64,000 nucleotides of DNA from a bacterium (GCA_021734165.1 JAIPJL010000001.1:8792-72791); one strand, 5' to 3'. Positions 1 to 10,506 are shown, numbered from the stretch's first letter. Program-made: numbers and translations. Notes: generated from the sequence alone by a model not told the origin.

Positions 1-112
1 TCAGCAGCAGCGGCGCGTGATGCATTCTCCATTAAAACCAATCCCGGCAAGCTAAGTTCCTCAATTGTATAGCGGTCGCATTCCCGCATCTGTTTAATAT
101 TTGCTACAGGTA

Positions 113-1141
113 TCATTTGTCTGTTTCCAGTTTAAGAATGTCGTGTAAATGTATAAGCCCCATCAGCCTGCCGTTGTCGTCAGCTACAGGAAGGGAGGTA
201 ATATTATGATTTTCCATAATATGCAGAGCGCGGGCTGAAAGATTTTTCGGACTTATCGTTTTCGGTGATGACGTCATCGCCTTGGCTGCGGTTAATTCAA
301 GCGGATTGGAAGACTCCTTTAGCAGACGCCTCAGATCTCCATCTGTTATAATGCCCTTTAATTTGCCATCCTCATCCACAACGCAGGTAACGCCAAGCCG
401 TTTAACTGTCATTTCAACTAAAGCTTCTTTCATTCGGGTATCCAACGTCACAACCGGAAGCGCTTTGCCGGTGTGCATAATATCACTAACCCTGACGAGC
501 ATCTTTGTTCCGAGCAATCCTCCCGGATGTAAAAGCGCGAAATCTTCTTCTTTGACGCCGCGCTTAACCATCAACGCTACAGCAAGAGCGTCACCGACTG
601 CAACTGTGACAGCATTGGATGAAGTAGGCAGTATCCCATAGGGCCAGGGAAGTGAAGGCACTGATACATCAAGAACGCAATCAGCAAGGTTAGCAAGCGC
701 TGAATCAGTGTTTCCTGTCATGGCGATCACAGGCACACCCTGCAGGCGGAAGCGGGGAATCAACTCCATTAATTCTCTTGTTTCACCGGAATATGAGATG
801 CAAATCGCTACATCTCCTTTGGATATAACTCCCATATCACCATGTACAGCCTCGGCGGAGTGCATGAACAACGCGGGTTCTCCGATTGACGCAAGCGTAG
901 CAGCGATCTTCCTTCCGGCGATACCGGATTTTCCCAAACCACTGACAATAACCTTATTCTCACATTCATCGATCATCTTCAAAGCGACCAGGAAAGATTC
1001 ATCGAGCCGGTTGCTAAGTGTTTTTATAGCGTCGCTTTCAAGTATAATCAGCTTGCGCGCCACATCAAGCAAGGCGTCGTCATCCATCGGTGAAGAGTTA
1101 TTGAAATTAGATAAGTTCGTAATTATGTCCTTTATCTTCAT
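113..1141 (-). CDS. kdsD: Arabinose-5-phosphate isomerase (KdsD/KpsF/GutQ family; SIS domain plus tandem CBS domains)
   Basis: SIS motif VIVSGLGKSGIAGRKIAATLASIG near the N-terminus and two CBS-like segments at the C-terminus. At 342 aa the length is typical. Confidence 0.85.
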   Translation of the reverse strand: MKIKDIITNLSNFNNSSPMDDDALLDVARKLIILESDAIKTLSNRLDESFLVALKMIDECENKVIVSGLGKSGIAGRKIAATLASIGEPALFMHSAEAVHGDMGVISKGDVAICISYSGETRELMELIPRFRLQGVPVIAMTGNTDSALANLADCVLDVSVPSLPWPYGILPTSSNAVTVAVGDALAVALMVKRGVKEEDFALLHPGGLLGTKMLVRVSDIMHTGKALPVVTLDTRMKEALVEMTVKRLGVTCVVDEDGKLKGIITDGDLRRLLKESSNPLELTAAKAMTSSPKTISPKNLSARALHIMENHNITSLPVADDNGRLMGLIHLHDILKLETDK

Positions 1142-1287
1142 TATATGCCCTCCGGCGCGAAATCACACTGGAATTTAGCCTATAATATATGCTTATTAGA
1201 CGAATCAGTCAAGCTGTGCAGCATTTTGTATGGTTGTTGCAGCGTAATATCACTGAATCTTAGAAATTTTAATTATGATTGTCTAAA

Positions 1288-1430
1288 GGTTGCATTTTAA
1301 TTAATATTGTTGTATATTGGCGGCAAACAATAGTATAATTTGCGTCACTTCGTCACCTAATAGCCGTAAAGACCTACTGGACTTGGGTTAGAGTGGGTGA
1401 CGGAAGTGTGACGGAAATGTGACAGAAGTT
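1288..1430 (-). repeat. Copy A, in inverted orientation, of an intergenic GTCAC/GTGAC repeat family. It lies about 150-350 bp upstream of kdsD.
   Basis: It contains gtgacggaagtgtgacggaaatgtgaca, which is three half-sites on this strand, then gggttag, and then gtcacttcgtcac with a conserved aatt-ata...ggcggc...aatatac...aaaatgcaacc tail. It aligns with copies at 31884-31975 and 44246-44382. Confidence 0.55.
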
Positions 1431-1690
1431 TGAAGAGTAAAAGTGTCAAAGTGTGAAAGTAACAAGAATAGTCTGGACATATAGGATATTCCAGAAAAAG
1501 TGTAATTTTGGTGGAAATCTGAACAAAATAGCAACATGATCAAAAGGGGTATGCAATTCCATGTGCCATTGTTACTCATTGTAGAAAAGAATCCATCCAG
1601 AGAACGTTATTTCCCTTTCCCGGTAAGGATCAATTAAAACTCCACGGTGAAGAGATCAGACAATTTAAAAAATAGCTTAACGATGCTTTC

Positions 1691-3013
1691 ATGTCAAACC
1701 AAAATATAGAAACAGTAACCATAACCGACTTCTCATCACAGGGCTTGGGAGTCGGGCGCAGATCCAGCGGACAGGTTGCAATGATCGCTTTCGCAGTCCC
1801 CGGCGATCAGGTCGAAGTTGACTTTGAATTTGCGAAATCCAAGGGGATCGCTTTCGGAAAGTTAGTCTCGATTGTCAGTCCATCGGAAGACAGAACCGCT
1901 CATCCATGTCCATATTATTCAGAAGGCTGTCGGGGATGTCTGCTGGGCGCTTATGATTACCAAAATGGTCTGATCTGGAAACGCAACCATCTGCAAAATA
2001 CCCTCGAACGCATCGGTAAAATAGAATCTCCGGAAGTCAGAGATGTTATTCCGTCACCTCTGGAGTGGACTTACAGAGACCGACTGGAATTTAATTTGCA
2101 AATTAAACAGGGCAGAATGCAAATCGGTTTCACGGGAGAAGATGGGATAATTCCGGTTAAATGTTGCAGTCTCGGTGTAAAAAGCATTCAGGACAGCCTG
2201 CAGAAGATGTGGAACGTTATGCCAATACTTAAATCGGGCGCTAAAAAAGATTTCAGAATGTTACTTCGAGACAACGGTTTAGGAAAAGCCGTTGCTGTAC
2301 TGTTTGTAGAGCCTGAATCAATTGACAAATATAGAATTATTACGCAATTGTTTGAAAACTCTGACCTTGCCGGATGGGAAATCAGACAAGTAGAGGATTT
2401 GAATTTCAGATTTTTCTCATCCAGACTAATCGAGAGGGTCGGTGAAGCCTCTATTTATGTCAATATCGGCAGGGATTCTATGGAGCTTCCTCTGCTATCT
2501 TTCACACAAACAAACACTTCCGCATCGGAACTCTTAAGGAAACTGGTAGTAGATTTAATCCCGGACGGACAAAACCTGCTCGATTTTTACGGTGGTTACG
2601 GCGCTTTTGCGTTAGAATATGTGACGCTGAAATCCGGTAAGGCTGTGGTGTTGGAAACCTCGCATCAGATGGTAAAAGCGGGACGCAAGTTTGCTGATAT
2701 TACTAAACTGCCGATTAGATACATCAGAACAGATCTTAACTATCCTGTAAGCATTAATAAATCGCACGGGCAATTTGATTATGCAATATTAGATCCACCG
2801 CGAGATGGACTGCATAAAAACGTGATCGGATATTTGAACGATGAAGGTCCGGGGCAGGTGATTTACGTTTCCTGTCATACAGCCGCGCTCGCGAGGGATT
2901 TGAAAGAATTGAAAAACTACACTCCGGAATATTTCATCCCTGTCGATATGTTTCCAAATACGTCGAGGTTGGAGACGGTTGCGGTCTTACGAAGAACTGT
3001 TTTACCGAGCTGA
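1691..3013 (+). CDS. 23S rRNA (uracil-C5)-methyltransferase, RlmD/RumA-like (TRAM domain, Fe-S cluster, class I SAM methyltransferase)
   Basis: The N-terminus has a TRAM-like barrel (GLGVGR..GQVAMIAFAVPGDQVEV). A four-Cys cluster (CPYYSEGCRGC) follows. The C-terminal methyltransferase core shows LLDFYGGYGAF and ILDPPRDGL. Confidence 0.8.
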   Translation: MSNQNIETVTITDFSSQGLGVGRRSSGQVAMIAFAVPGDQVEVDFEFAKSKGIAFGKLVSIVSPSEDRTAHPCPYYSEGCRGCLLGAYDYQNGLIWKRNHLQNTLERIGKIESPEVRDVIPSPLEWTYRDRLEFNLQIKQGRMQIGFTGEDGIIPVKCCSLGVKSIQDSLQKMWNVMPILKSGAKKDFRMLLRDNGLGKAVAVLFVEPESIDKYRIITQLFENSDLAGWEIRQVEDLNFRFFSSRLIERVGEASIYVNIGRDSMELPLLSFTQTNTSASELLRKLVVDLIPDGQNLLDFYGGYGAFALEYVTLKSGKAVVLETSHQMVKAGRKFADITKLPIRYIRTDLNYPVSINKSHGQFDYAILDPPRDGLHKNVIGYLNDEGPGQVIYVSCHTAALARDLKELKNYTPEYFIPVDMFPNTSRLETVAVLRRTVLPS

Positions 3014-3482
3014 ATCGGACAGAATTGTCTCCTGTGAAAAAGTAAGATAAACATGCTGCAAACGCCTGTTTAGTATTGGTTTGCAGCAATATTAGTTTAA
3101 TGTTAAACTATTATAACGTTGACGGAAGATAAGCACTGATTCGTGATTGCTGATTACATAACAAGAACCAACGATACTCAATACCACATTACATAATGAC
3201 AAACATCCCGTTTGATGCATAAACATAAACCACCCAATACACATAAATACATACAAGTCCTTAATAATTAACAAATTATAAACAGATCCGAATCTAAATT
3301 GAAATATTTCATAAAATACTGATAAATAAAGAGATAATAATTTAAAAGTATATTTAATACTATTTTAGTATTATTTTTATTGAAAACACTTGACTTACAT
3401 AAATATACTTTATATATTCTTCGTTGAGTAAGTATTCTTGAGCGATGATTTTCATTGCAAAACGCATTAATATTACACAAAA

Positions 3483-3740
3483 ATGCAACAAAAACTGGAG
3501 TTAGAGTTTTCAAACAAGGTCGAATACTATCGAGTCTTGTTGGGAATGACTAAAGCGGAACTGTCGCGTCGTTCAGGAGTATCATTATACGTAATATGGA
3601 AAATTGAAAAAACCAACAAAACGACTCGTAGGATTTCAAAAACGCGTATAGCAAATGCATTAGGCATTGACGCGTTAGAGTTATTTCCGGAAGATAGACA
3701 ACTTGAACTAATATTCGGAGTTAAAAATGAATCCTCGTGA
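3483..3740 (+). CDS. Small XRE-family helix-turn-helix transcriptional regulator
   Basis: HTH_3-like segment LGMTKAELSRRSGVSLYVIWKIEKTNKTTRRISKTRIANALGI. The gene overlaps the pyrF start by 14 nt. Confidence 0.5.
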   Translation: MQQKLELEFSNKVEYYRVLLGMTKAELSRRSGVSLYVIWKIEKTNKTTRRISKTRIANALGIDALELFPEDRQLELIFGVKNESS

Positions 3741-4449
3741 CCATATCTGCCTTGCCCTTGATGTTTTTGAATTTGATGAAGCTAAAAAACTAGTTGAAGC
3801 TACCTCGGAATACATTGGATACTTCAAAGTAGGAATGTCGTTCTTTGACAAGGTTAAAAGTATTTCAGATATGATTCATGCAAACGGTGGTAAAGTTTTC
3901 CTAGATATGAAATTTCATGATATCCCAAATACCGTAAGTAATGCAGCCAAAACAGCAACTAGACTTGGTGTAGACATCTTTAATATTCATGCCATTGGTG
4001 GCACAGAAATGATGAGAAGAACGCTTGATTCAACTAAAGAGGAAGCCGATAATATTGGTGGGGAACCACCTGACATTTATGCTGTTACAGTATTGACGAG
4101 TATAGACAAGATTACGCTTGACGCTGAGCTAAAAGTAAGAATGGGTCTAAATAACTATGTAGTCTATCTTGCAGGATTGGCAAAAGAAGCAGGATTGAAA
4201 GGTGTCGTTTGCTCCGGTCATGAAGTAAAAGCAATAAAAAAAGCATGCGGAAAAGATTTTAAGCTGATCGTGCCTGGGATAAGACCAAAGTGGATGTCTG
4301 AAACCGATGATCAGAAAAGAGTATTTACACCTGAACGTGCAATTAAAGACGGTGCAGATATTCTTGTAGTAGGACGACCAATTATTATGGCTGAATCACA
4401 TCAGGAGGCAGCAAAAAGATTATTTCATGAAATAGACACTACATTTTAG
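3727..4449 (+). CDS. pyrF: Orotidine-5'-phosphate decarboxylase
   Basis: Canonical ALD..KVG and FLDMKFHDIPNTV active-site motifs. At 240 aa the length is typical. Confidence 0.9.
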   Translation: MNPRDHICLALDVFEFDEAKKLVEATSEYIGYFKVGMSFFDKVKSISDMIHANGGKVFLDMKFHDIPNTVSNAAKTATRLGVDIFNIHAIGGTEMMRRTLDSTKEEADNIGGEPPDIYAVTVLTSIDKITLDAELKVRMGLNNYVVYLAGLAKEAGLKGVVCSGHEVKAIKKACGKDFKLIVPGIRPKWMSETDDQKRVFTPERAIKDGADILVVGRPIIMAESHQEAAKRLFHEIDTTF

Positions 4450-4459
4450 GTACAATATC

Positions 4460-5236
4460 GTGCCTGTAAATAAAACAGTTGTAATTACATTAGGATCAAT
4501 CACCGTTTTGTCGCTAATTGCATGTATATCTCACTTTCTTAATATTTCCAAGCATCTTACTAACTTTTTCTTTTTCCTAAAAAGAAAAATAAGTGAGAGG
4601 AAAGGAAGAAAGAAATTTAATGATGTTGATAAGCAAGCAATTCAACTACTTAAAATAATAGATGCAAGCGAATTTGAACCTGGATTACTAAGTAGACTTC
4701 AATGGGCTCGTTATTTAGCAGATTCCAATGCAATTATAAGTAAACCTGATGGAACTCGTGAACTTGATCTTAAAGCTCTCTTTATCTCAGGAAAAAAGAG
4801 CATTAAACCAATTGAAATGGATATTGAATCAATAATAAAGTACATAATTAAAAAATTTGGTGTTATTGATGCTGTATTCGGACATCCTTATAACGATGAT
4901 TTTGTTACAATTTGTTACAATCAATCCAAAGATTATGGTAGAATTAGACAGGATCTAATATCTCCTGCTCAAAATCTTGACAATATTTCGAATCTGTTGG
5001 ATTCCGGTTCAAGAGTTATTATATTATGTGCTTATCTAACATTGTCGAATTTCCAACATTTAAAAAATTGGATTGATTCTATTAAAAATGCCCATCATAA
5101 TCCTCCTTGTACAATTATAGGTGGATTTATTCTGTTTAGAGCGCAACAAATTTCTGCAGAGATGATGCTATCTCTTTTCAGTAATGAAGAAAGGCTTATT
5201 CAGCCATTTAAATTGGATTTAGGGCATTTAGGATAA
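4460..5236 (+). CDS. Hypothetical protein with an N-terminal TM segment, inserted between pyrF and the pyrE-like gene
   Basis: Long ORF in an operon-like position. No recognisable motif, and the true start is uncertain. Confidence 0.35.
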   Translation: MPVNKTVVITLGSITVLSLIACISHFLNISKHLTNFFFFLKRKISERKGRKKFNDVDKQAIQLLKIIDASEFEPGLLSRLQWARYLADSNAIISKPDGTRELDLKALFISGKKSIKPIEMDIESIIKYIIKKFGVIDAVFGHPYNDDFVTICYNQSKDYGRIRQDLISPAQNLDNISNLLDSGSRVIILCAYLTLSNFQHLKNWIDSIKNAHHNPPCTIIGGFILFRAQQISAEMMLSLFSNEERLIQPFKLDLGHLG

Positions 5237-5253
5237 TTTGATAATTAAGATTA

Positions 5254-5994
5254 ATGGAGTTTAAAATGAGCTTAAAAAGAGAAGAGTGCGAAGTTGGCTC
5301 CTTAGTAGAACTAGCCAAAGAAGAGCTTCTCAAAATCATCGAAGAATCTGGTGCAGTTAACGATGGTCATTACAAGTTAGTATCGGGAAACCACTCGAAT
5401 CGCTTTTTCGATATTAACAGAATCGCTAACAATCCAAAACTCATTGGCAGATTGTCAACGGAGTTCATTTTCTGGACAAGAAAAAACATTGATATTAACA
5501 TCGATGTTGTTCTTTCTCCTGTTACAGGTGGTAGGATTCTCGCGTTTGATTTAGTTCGGGAATTTAATGGTTCTATGGAAACCAGACTTGCTCATGCTCC
5601 AGTTGATTTTGAGACTAAACCAGGTTGCGTATTACCCGAGTTAACCCCTCCATCGAGGATATATGAGGGTGAAAATGTTCTCATAGTTACAGATTTATCC
5701 TCAACTGGGAGTGGTCTTAGAAGCTTAGAAACCATTGTAAATGACAAAAAAGCAAATCTGCTCGGTATCGTTGCTGTAGCCACAAGAAGTCCCGAAGCTC
5801 AAAACACTTTAATGGAAATAGCTCAAAAGAATAACGTAAAATCACATTGGTTGATACACTTTAATTGGAAACATTGGCCTCCGGGAAAGGGTAGCTGTTA
5901 TCTATGCGATCAGAACATACCATTAGTTGAACCAGCCGGTGGATTAAGTAATTTCAGTCCAATAATATTCGGGCTAAAGACTTCTGCTGCATAG
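5254..5994 (+). CDS. pyrE: Type I phosphoribosyltransferase, orotate phosphoribosyltransferase-like, with a ~50 aa Cys-containing C-terminal extension
   Basis: HYKLVSGNHSNRFFD matches the PyrE GEFTLKSGRKSPYFFN motif. The PRPP-binding loop is ENVLIVTDLSSTGSGL. The gene lies next to pyrF. Confidence 0.6.
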   Translation: MEFKMSLKREECEVGSLVELAKEELLKIIEESGAVNDGHYKLVSGNHSNRFFDINRIANNPKLIGRLSTEFIFWTRKNIDINIDVVLSPVTGGRILAFDLVREFNGSMETRLAHAPVDFETKPGCVLPELTPPSRIYEGENVLIVTDLSSTGSGLRSLETIVNDKKANLLGIVAVATRSPEAQNTLMEIAQKNNVKSHWLIHFNWKHWPPGKGSCYLCDQNIPLVEPAGGLSNFSPIIFGLKTSAA

Positions 5995-6027
5995 TGTTTT
6001 GCTACACGAACCAACAGTTAACGAAAA

Positions 6028-6059
6028 GGGCTATTCATCACATAATGAATAGCCCTTTT
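6028..6059. terminator. Bidirectional rho-independent terminator between the convergent pyrE-like and TonB-receptor genes
   Basis: An 11 bp perfect stem gggctattcat/atgaatagccc with a 6 nt loop. It is flanked by an A-run upstream and TTTT downstream. Confidence 0.55.
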
Positions 6060-6191
6060 CGCAATATTAATCCTTTGGTCGCTCTCCATTCAATAATTTC
6101 ACCCCCGACAATACTTTCGCTGTCGGTATCAGTCTTGCTCCGATTAAAGGAGGCGACTAACAATTCCATTAACACTCAAAGAATCAATAAA

Positions 6192-8489
6192 TCAAAACTC
6201 CAAACTTATCCCTATTGAAGGCAGCAATCCAATTGAATCGCTTTCAAGCACTCGCCCTTCGCGCTCATCCCATTGAGGCGGTGATACATACTTCTTGTTG
6301 TAAACATTCTGAACATCAATGTAAGTGATCAGATTGGTTCTCTTAAACATCCAGTATCTGTCCAAACGCAGATCAAGGCTGTGATTTATGTCAAGCCGTT
6401 CGCTGTTATAATCAGAAACATTCTGAGTTCCATCAGGATTATAGGGCGTATATGGTCGTCCGGAAACTAATCTGAATTTGGCTGCCAGCTCCCATTTCTG
6501 ATTAAACAGAAATCCCCAGGCAAGGTTGAATATCCAGCGCTGGTCGAAATTACCCGGTCTCTCTACACCATCAAGCGCTGTGAAATAGGTTTCGCTATAG
6601 GTAATACTACCGGTGCTGTAATGGTGATGCTCCGCCATTTTCTTCTGAGCAAGCAATTCAATCCCGCGCGACCAGCCTTTACCGGCGCTGACTAATGGAT
6701 CTAAACCATAGGAGCTGAAACCATCCGTTGAACCACCAAAATCTCCACCTGTGTTTGACATTACCAGGTATGGACGAAGAGCGCTTGCCGGATAGTCAAA
6801 ATAGCTCTTGTAATATCCCTCCACCTGAATTTTGACGTCATAACGCAACAAATGACTGATTCCTAATACGGTCTGATCCACGCCGATAAAATCAAGGTTT
6901 CTATTGCTTTCATCGGCAACAAGCCAGATATAACTCGGAGCCTGATGATAACGACCAACGCTCAGGTTGAAGGTGGTTAAAGGAGACGGGAAATACGATA
7001 AAGCCATGCGTGGCGCAAATGTCCAGGGATCGCTCAGCATCTCAAAATGATCCGCACGTCCACCCAGAGTCAAATTGAACTTTCCAATTCGCTGTGAAAT
7101 TTGAGAATATACAGCATTTTTGGTTGTTTTAGCATTGAAGTTTTTATCTAAAGCTATAATATCTCCATAACTGGTTTCAAAGGATCGAAGATACATATCA
7201 GCTTCAAATCCAATCGACTTACTTACTACACCATTGACGAGCCTGGTTGTTTGTGTTGGATTCCAGACAAGTTCTCCCTTTAGGTATAATTCCCGTTCAG
7301 AAGATATATTCTCAAATATTGGTTTTAGAAGGCTGTCTGCCTGACTTGCATAAAACTCAATGTTATTACCGCCTAAAATAATATTTGTATAACCGGAACC
7401 GAACAGATGACGCCACGATATACCGCCAAAATATTGATCCTGCGAAGGAGCAAGAATATTAGAATTAAAATAACGCTGATCAGCATCGTCATTAAACAAA
7501 CGGACATTGTCCAGCGCTGCTATGCCAATAACACTAAGGCGGTTTTTAGGATCAATATCATAGTTACTCTTGAACAGAAAATCCCAGTACTCCGGCACAA
7601 ATGCAAACCCCGCCTGTTTAAATATAAAATCAAGGTAGCTGCGGCGTGCTGTAAATAGAAACGAACTTTGTTCAGCTTTAATCGGACCTTCAATATTAAA
7701 ACCAAACTGTGAAGCTGAAATAGTAGCTTTACCGCCGATCCTGTCATTACGTGGATTACGGATATCTATAGACAGCATTGATGAAAGACGATCCCCGTAG
7801 CGGACTCCGAAGCCACCGCTTGAAAATTCAATCTTATCTACAAAGTCCAGATTAATAAAGGACTGAGGCCCGCCACCCGACCCTTGGGTTCCAAAATGGT
7901 TAATATTAGGCAACTCAAACCCATCAACGAGGTATAGGTTTTCCGATGGAGCGCCTCCACGTACTATAAGATCATTACGTCCGGGTCCAACCTGTGAAAT
8001 ACCCGGTAATATAGCTACCGCTCGCGCTACGTCTTCGAAACCACCAGGTAAACGTCGTATCTCTTCGTTGCTTTGGCTTACGGAGCTGATCGGTGTATCA
8101 ATCGTTCTCCTGAAAAATCCGGGAGTAACCTTCACTTCTTCCAATTCAATTGAAGTTGGCTCAAGCGAGAAGTTTACTTCGATTGGCCTGGTGATACTAA
8201 CGAGAATATCTGTGCGGGTTTCCGGTAAAAAACCCAGGCTTGATACCTGTAGAGCATACGTACCCGGAGGTATATTTACAATCCTGAATTTACCGTCTAA
8301 ATCTGTTGATGAGCCTATGTTGGTTCCCCTTAGAACGACATTCGCGTTGACAACAGGAGAGTAATCAATTCGATTGGTTACCCGTCCGTAAATAACACCG
8401 CGCAGAGTAGTCTGAGCCATAAGGGAATTTTGATCAAATACCCCAATCAAAAGCAGGACAATGGATAGTCTTATAATCCGTATTCTCAT
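6192..8489 (-). CDS. TonB-dependent outer-membrane receptor with an N-terminal carboxypeptidase-regulatory-like domain
   Basis: Signal peptide, then a CarbD-like segment (LRGVIYGRV..PVVNANVVL..DLDGKFRIVNIPPGTYALQVS), a plug, and a long beta-barrel ending in an aromatic residue. Confidence 0.8.
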   Translation of the reverse strand: MRIRIIRLSIVLLLIGVFDQNSLMAQTTLRGVIYGRVTNRIDYSPVVNANVVLRGTNIGSSTDLDGKFRIVNIPPGTYALQVSSLGFLPETRTDILVSITRPIEVNFSLEPTSIELEEVKVTPGFFRRTIDTPISSVSQSNEEIRRLPGGFEDVARAVAILPGISQVGPGRNDLIVRGGAPSENLYLVDGFELPNINHFGTQGSGGGPQSFINLDFVDKIEFSSGGFGVRYGDRLSSMLSIDIRNPRNDRIGGKATISASQFGFNIEGPIKAEQSSFLFTARRSYLDFIFKQAGFAFVPEYWDFLFKSNYDIDPKNRLSVIGIAALDNVRLFNDDADQRYFNSNILAPSQDQYFGGISWRHLFGSGYTNIILGGNNIEFYASQADSLLKPIFENISSERELYLKGELVWNPTQTTRLVNGVVSKSIGFEADMYLRSFETSYGDIIALDKNFNAKTTKNAVYSQISQRIGKFNLTLGGRADHFEMLSDPWTFAPRMALSYFPSPLTTFNLSVGRYHQAPSYIWLVADESNRNLDFIGVDQTVLGISHLLRYDVKIQVEGYYKSYFDYPASALRPYLVMSNTGGDFGGSTDGFSSYGLDPLVSAGKGWSRGIELLAQKKMAEHHHYSTGSITYSETYFTALDGVERPGNFDQRWIFNLAWGFLFNQKWELAAKFRLVSGRPYTPYNPDGTQNVSDYNSERLDINHSLDLRLDRYWMFKRTNLITYIDVQNVYNKKYVSPPQWDEREGRVLESDSIGLLPSIGISLEF

Positions 8490-8654
8490 GATAAATTTCG
8501 TTTTATTTTTTTAGCTTGGTTTTGGAGAGTATTACGAAAATAAATTGAAATTATTGATATCCATATGCTTATGTTTAAGGTATAATAATCTATAAACACA
8601 CTCTTAATTTGTTAGTCAGAAGAAATGTTTTTTAACGAACCATCAGGTCACCCG

Positions 8655-9476
8655 TTATATTTGTTTGTTAGGTAAGCATAAAATATCATAGTGTTTCCAA
8701 TCTTCCAGATTGTCTTCAATCAACTGTGAACCTGTCCCGACCGGTTCTTCCTCTATCCTGTAAACAGTATAATCAAGTTCCTTGAAAAATGAAAAGAGTT
8801 TAAGGCGATAATTCCTGTCCGTTTTCTTAAAGACCTCTGTCTTAATTACGGGTCTCAAAGATTTAATTACCTCAATCAAAGACTGCAGCACGTAAAGATC
8901 AAAGCCCTCAGTATCTACTTTTATAAACTTTAATCGCGGAAGAAATTCAGTGAAGTCCTCTTTCAATTCCTTTACTAAATTCACACTAAACACTTTTAAT
9001 TTGAAAGCATGTCCATGTTTTAAAACTGAGATGCCTTCATGCCGACCTCCATTACAAAACCCGGAATCTGAATACTCAAATTCCATAATACCCTCATTGG
9101 GCGCAACAGCAGCCATCATTGTTCTGATATTTGTTGAATGCTTATTAGCTCTCGCGTTTTTCTCAAGCACATGATATACATAAGGATTTGGCTCAAGCGC
9201 CAGGATACACCCCGTTTTTCCAACCGCTATTGCCATTGGCAGCGTTGAATCTCCACTGTGAGCGCCAATATCGATGCAAAAATCACCTTCCTTTAGAAAA
9301 TCTTTATAAGCATTAACCATATCAATGGAAATTTCCTTTTTTGATTCGGATGGGTGAAGCCACTGCGCATAATGAACAATCCTGCCATTGCCGAGATCAA
9401 AATCATGCATTTCATAAGCATAACGTTGTGGTTTTCCCCGAAAACCGCAGATTTGAAATACGTTCTTAATTCTCAA
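8655..9476 (-). CDS. FkbM-family SAM-dependent methyltransferase
   Basis: Methyltransf_21 signature FCIDIGAHSGDSTLPMAIAVG...ILALEPNP. Confidence 0.75.
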   Translation of the reverse strand: MRIKNVFQICGFRGKPQRYAYEMHDFDLGNGRIVHYAQWLHPSESKKEISIDMVNAYKDFLKEGDFCIDIGAHSGDSTLPMAIAVGKTGCILALEPNPYVYHVLEKNARANKHSTNIRTMMAAVAPNEGIMEFEYSDSGFCNGGRHEGISVLKHGHAFKLKVFSVNLVKELKEDFTEFLPRLKFIKVDTEGFDLYVLQSLIEVIKSLRPVIKTEVFKKTDRNYRLKLFSFFKELDYTVYRIEEEPVGTGSQLIEDNLEDWKHYDILCLPNKQI

Positions 9477-9603
9477 TCTTACTCCTTAAAATTTGTCAAC
9501 AAACGATTAGACTATTCACCTAATCAACCTAATACCAAAACGAATCGCTCTAAATTTTAGCAATGAAAAACTTTAAAGTCAAGAAATGACCCTAACTGGA
9601 ATA

Positions 9604-10506
9604 TCATCTTTTTTTATAAACAACTTTCACCCCCGACACCACCATCGCCATCAGTATCAATCCCGCGCCTATTAAAGACCTCCCCGACCATAACTCATTT
9701 AGTAACAACCAGGCAAACAGAGATGCAAAAATTGGCTCTGCTGTGAAGATCAACGCCGCATACCCGGCAGGCACCTGCGGTTGATATTTAGTCTGCAGCC
9801 AGGTGGCAGCAATCGATCCGAAAAGTCCCGTGTAAACAACAGCCAGCCAGCCTGTTCCGCTGATCTGAAACGGATTCCCGGCAATCAGACTCCAGATTAG
9901 GGCTCCTATAAATACCACCAGCATTTGTCCATACATCAGCAAACCTGTGTATTTGCCGTCACCTGCTACAAATTCAAGCGCTATCATCTGCAAAGCAAAC
10001 ACAAAGGCGCAGCTAATAGTCAGCCAGTCGCCAAGGTTTAAGCCACCTGAGCCGGGATCTGCCATGAAGTAAATACCCAGTACGGCAATAGGAATCCCCA
10101 GCCAGGCTGCCCTCGGCATTTTACTAGTCTTGAATAACAGGGCTAAGGGAGGCGTCATCACCACCAGCATTCCGGTGAAAAATCCGCTGCGTGAAGCTGT
10201 CGTGTGCTGCAATCCCAATACCTGCAAAGCAAATCCGAGAAACAGAAATATACCGACGAATATCCCGCGCAAGAGTACTGTTGCCGGCTTGGGATCGTTA
10301 TCTATATCTTTAGGAGATCTCAAAATGTGAGGGATAAAAAATGGAGTGGTAAGGATTACTGCCATACCAAATCTAAGCGCCAGGAAATGGATCGGATCGG
10401 TCAGCGACAGCGCAGATTTTGTAGCCGGAAACGTCCCACCCCATACAACACACAACAGCAACAGCATGAAGGTTGCGAAAACAGGGCGATTCTTGGTCGT
10501 TGTCAT
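9604..10506 (-). CDS. DMT-superfamily (EamA-type) permease with 10 TM segments
   Basis: Two EamA-like hydrophobic halves of about 300 aa in total. The gene abuts mazG. Confidence 0.8.
   Translation of the reverse strand: MTTTKNRPVFATFMLLLLCVVWGGTFPATKSALSLTDPIHFLALRFGMAVILTTPFFIPHILRSPKDIDNDPKPATVLLRGIFVGIFLFLGFALQVLGLQHTTASRSGFFTGMLVVMTPPLALLFKTSKMPRAAWLGIPIAVLGIYFMADPGSGGLNLGDWLTISCAFVFALQMIALEFVAGDGKYTGLLMYGQMLVVFIGALIWSLIAGNPFQISGTGWLAVVYTGLFGSIAATWLQTKYQPQVPAGYAALIFTAEPIFASLFAWLLLNELWSGRSLIGAGLILMAMVVSGVKVVYKKR

Noticed and set aside
3092-3513. Two small ORFs of 60 and 81 aa in the AT-rich rumA to XRE intergenic region
   Set aside because: The sequence is AT-rich and low-complexity (Leu/Ile/Asn/Phe-rich). 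The ORFs overlap each other and have no RBS, so they are most likely the promoter region for the XRE-pyrF unit.
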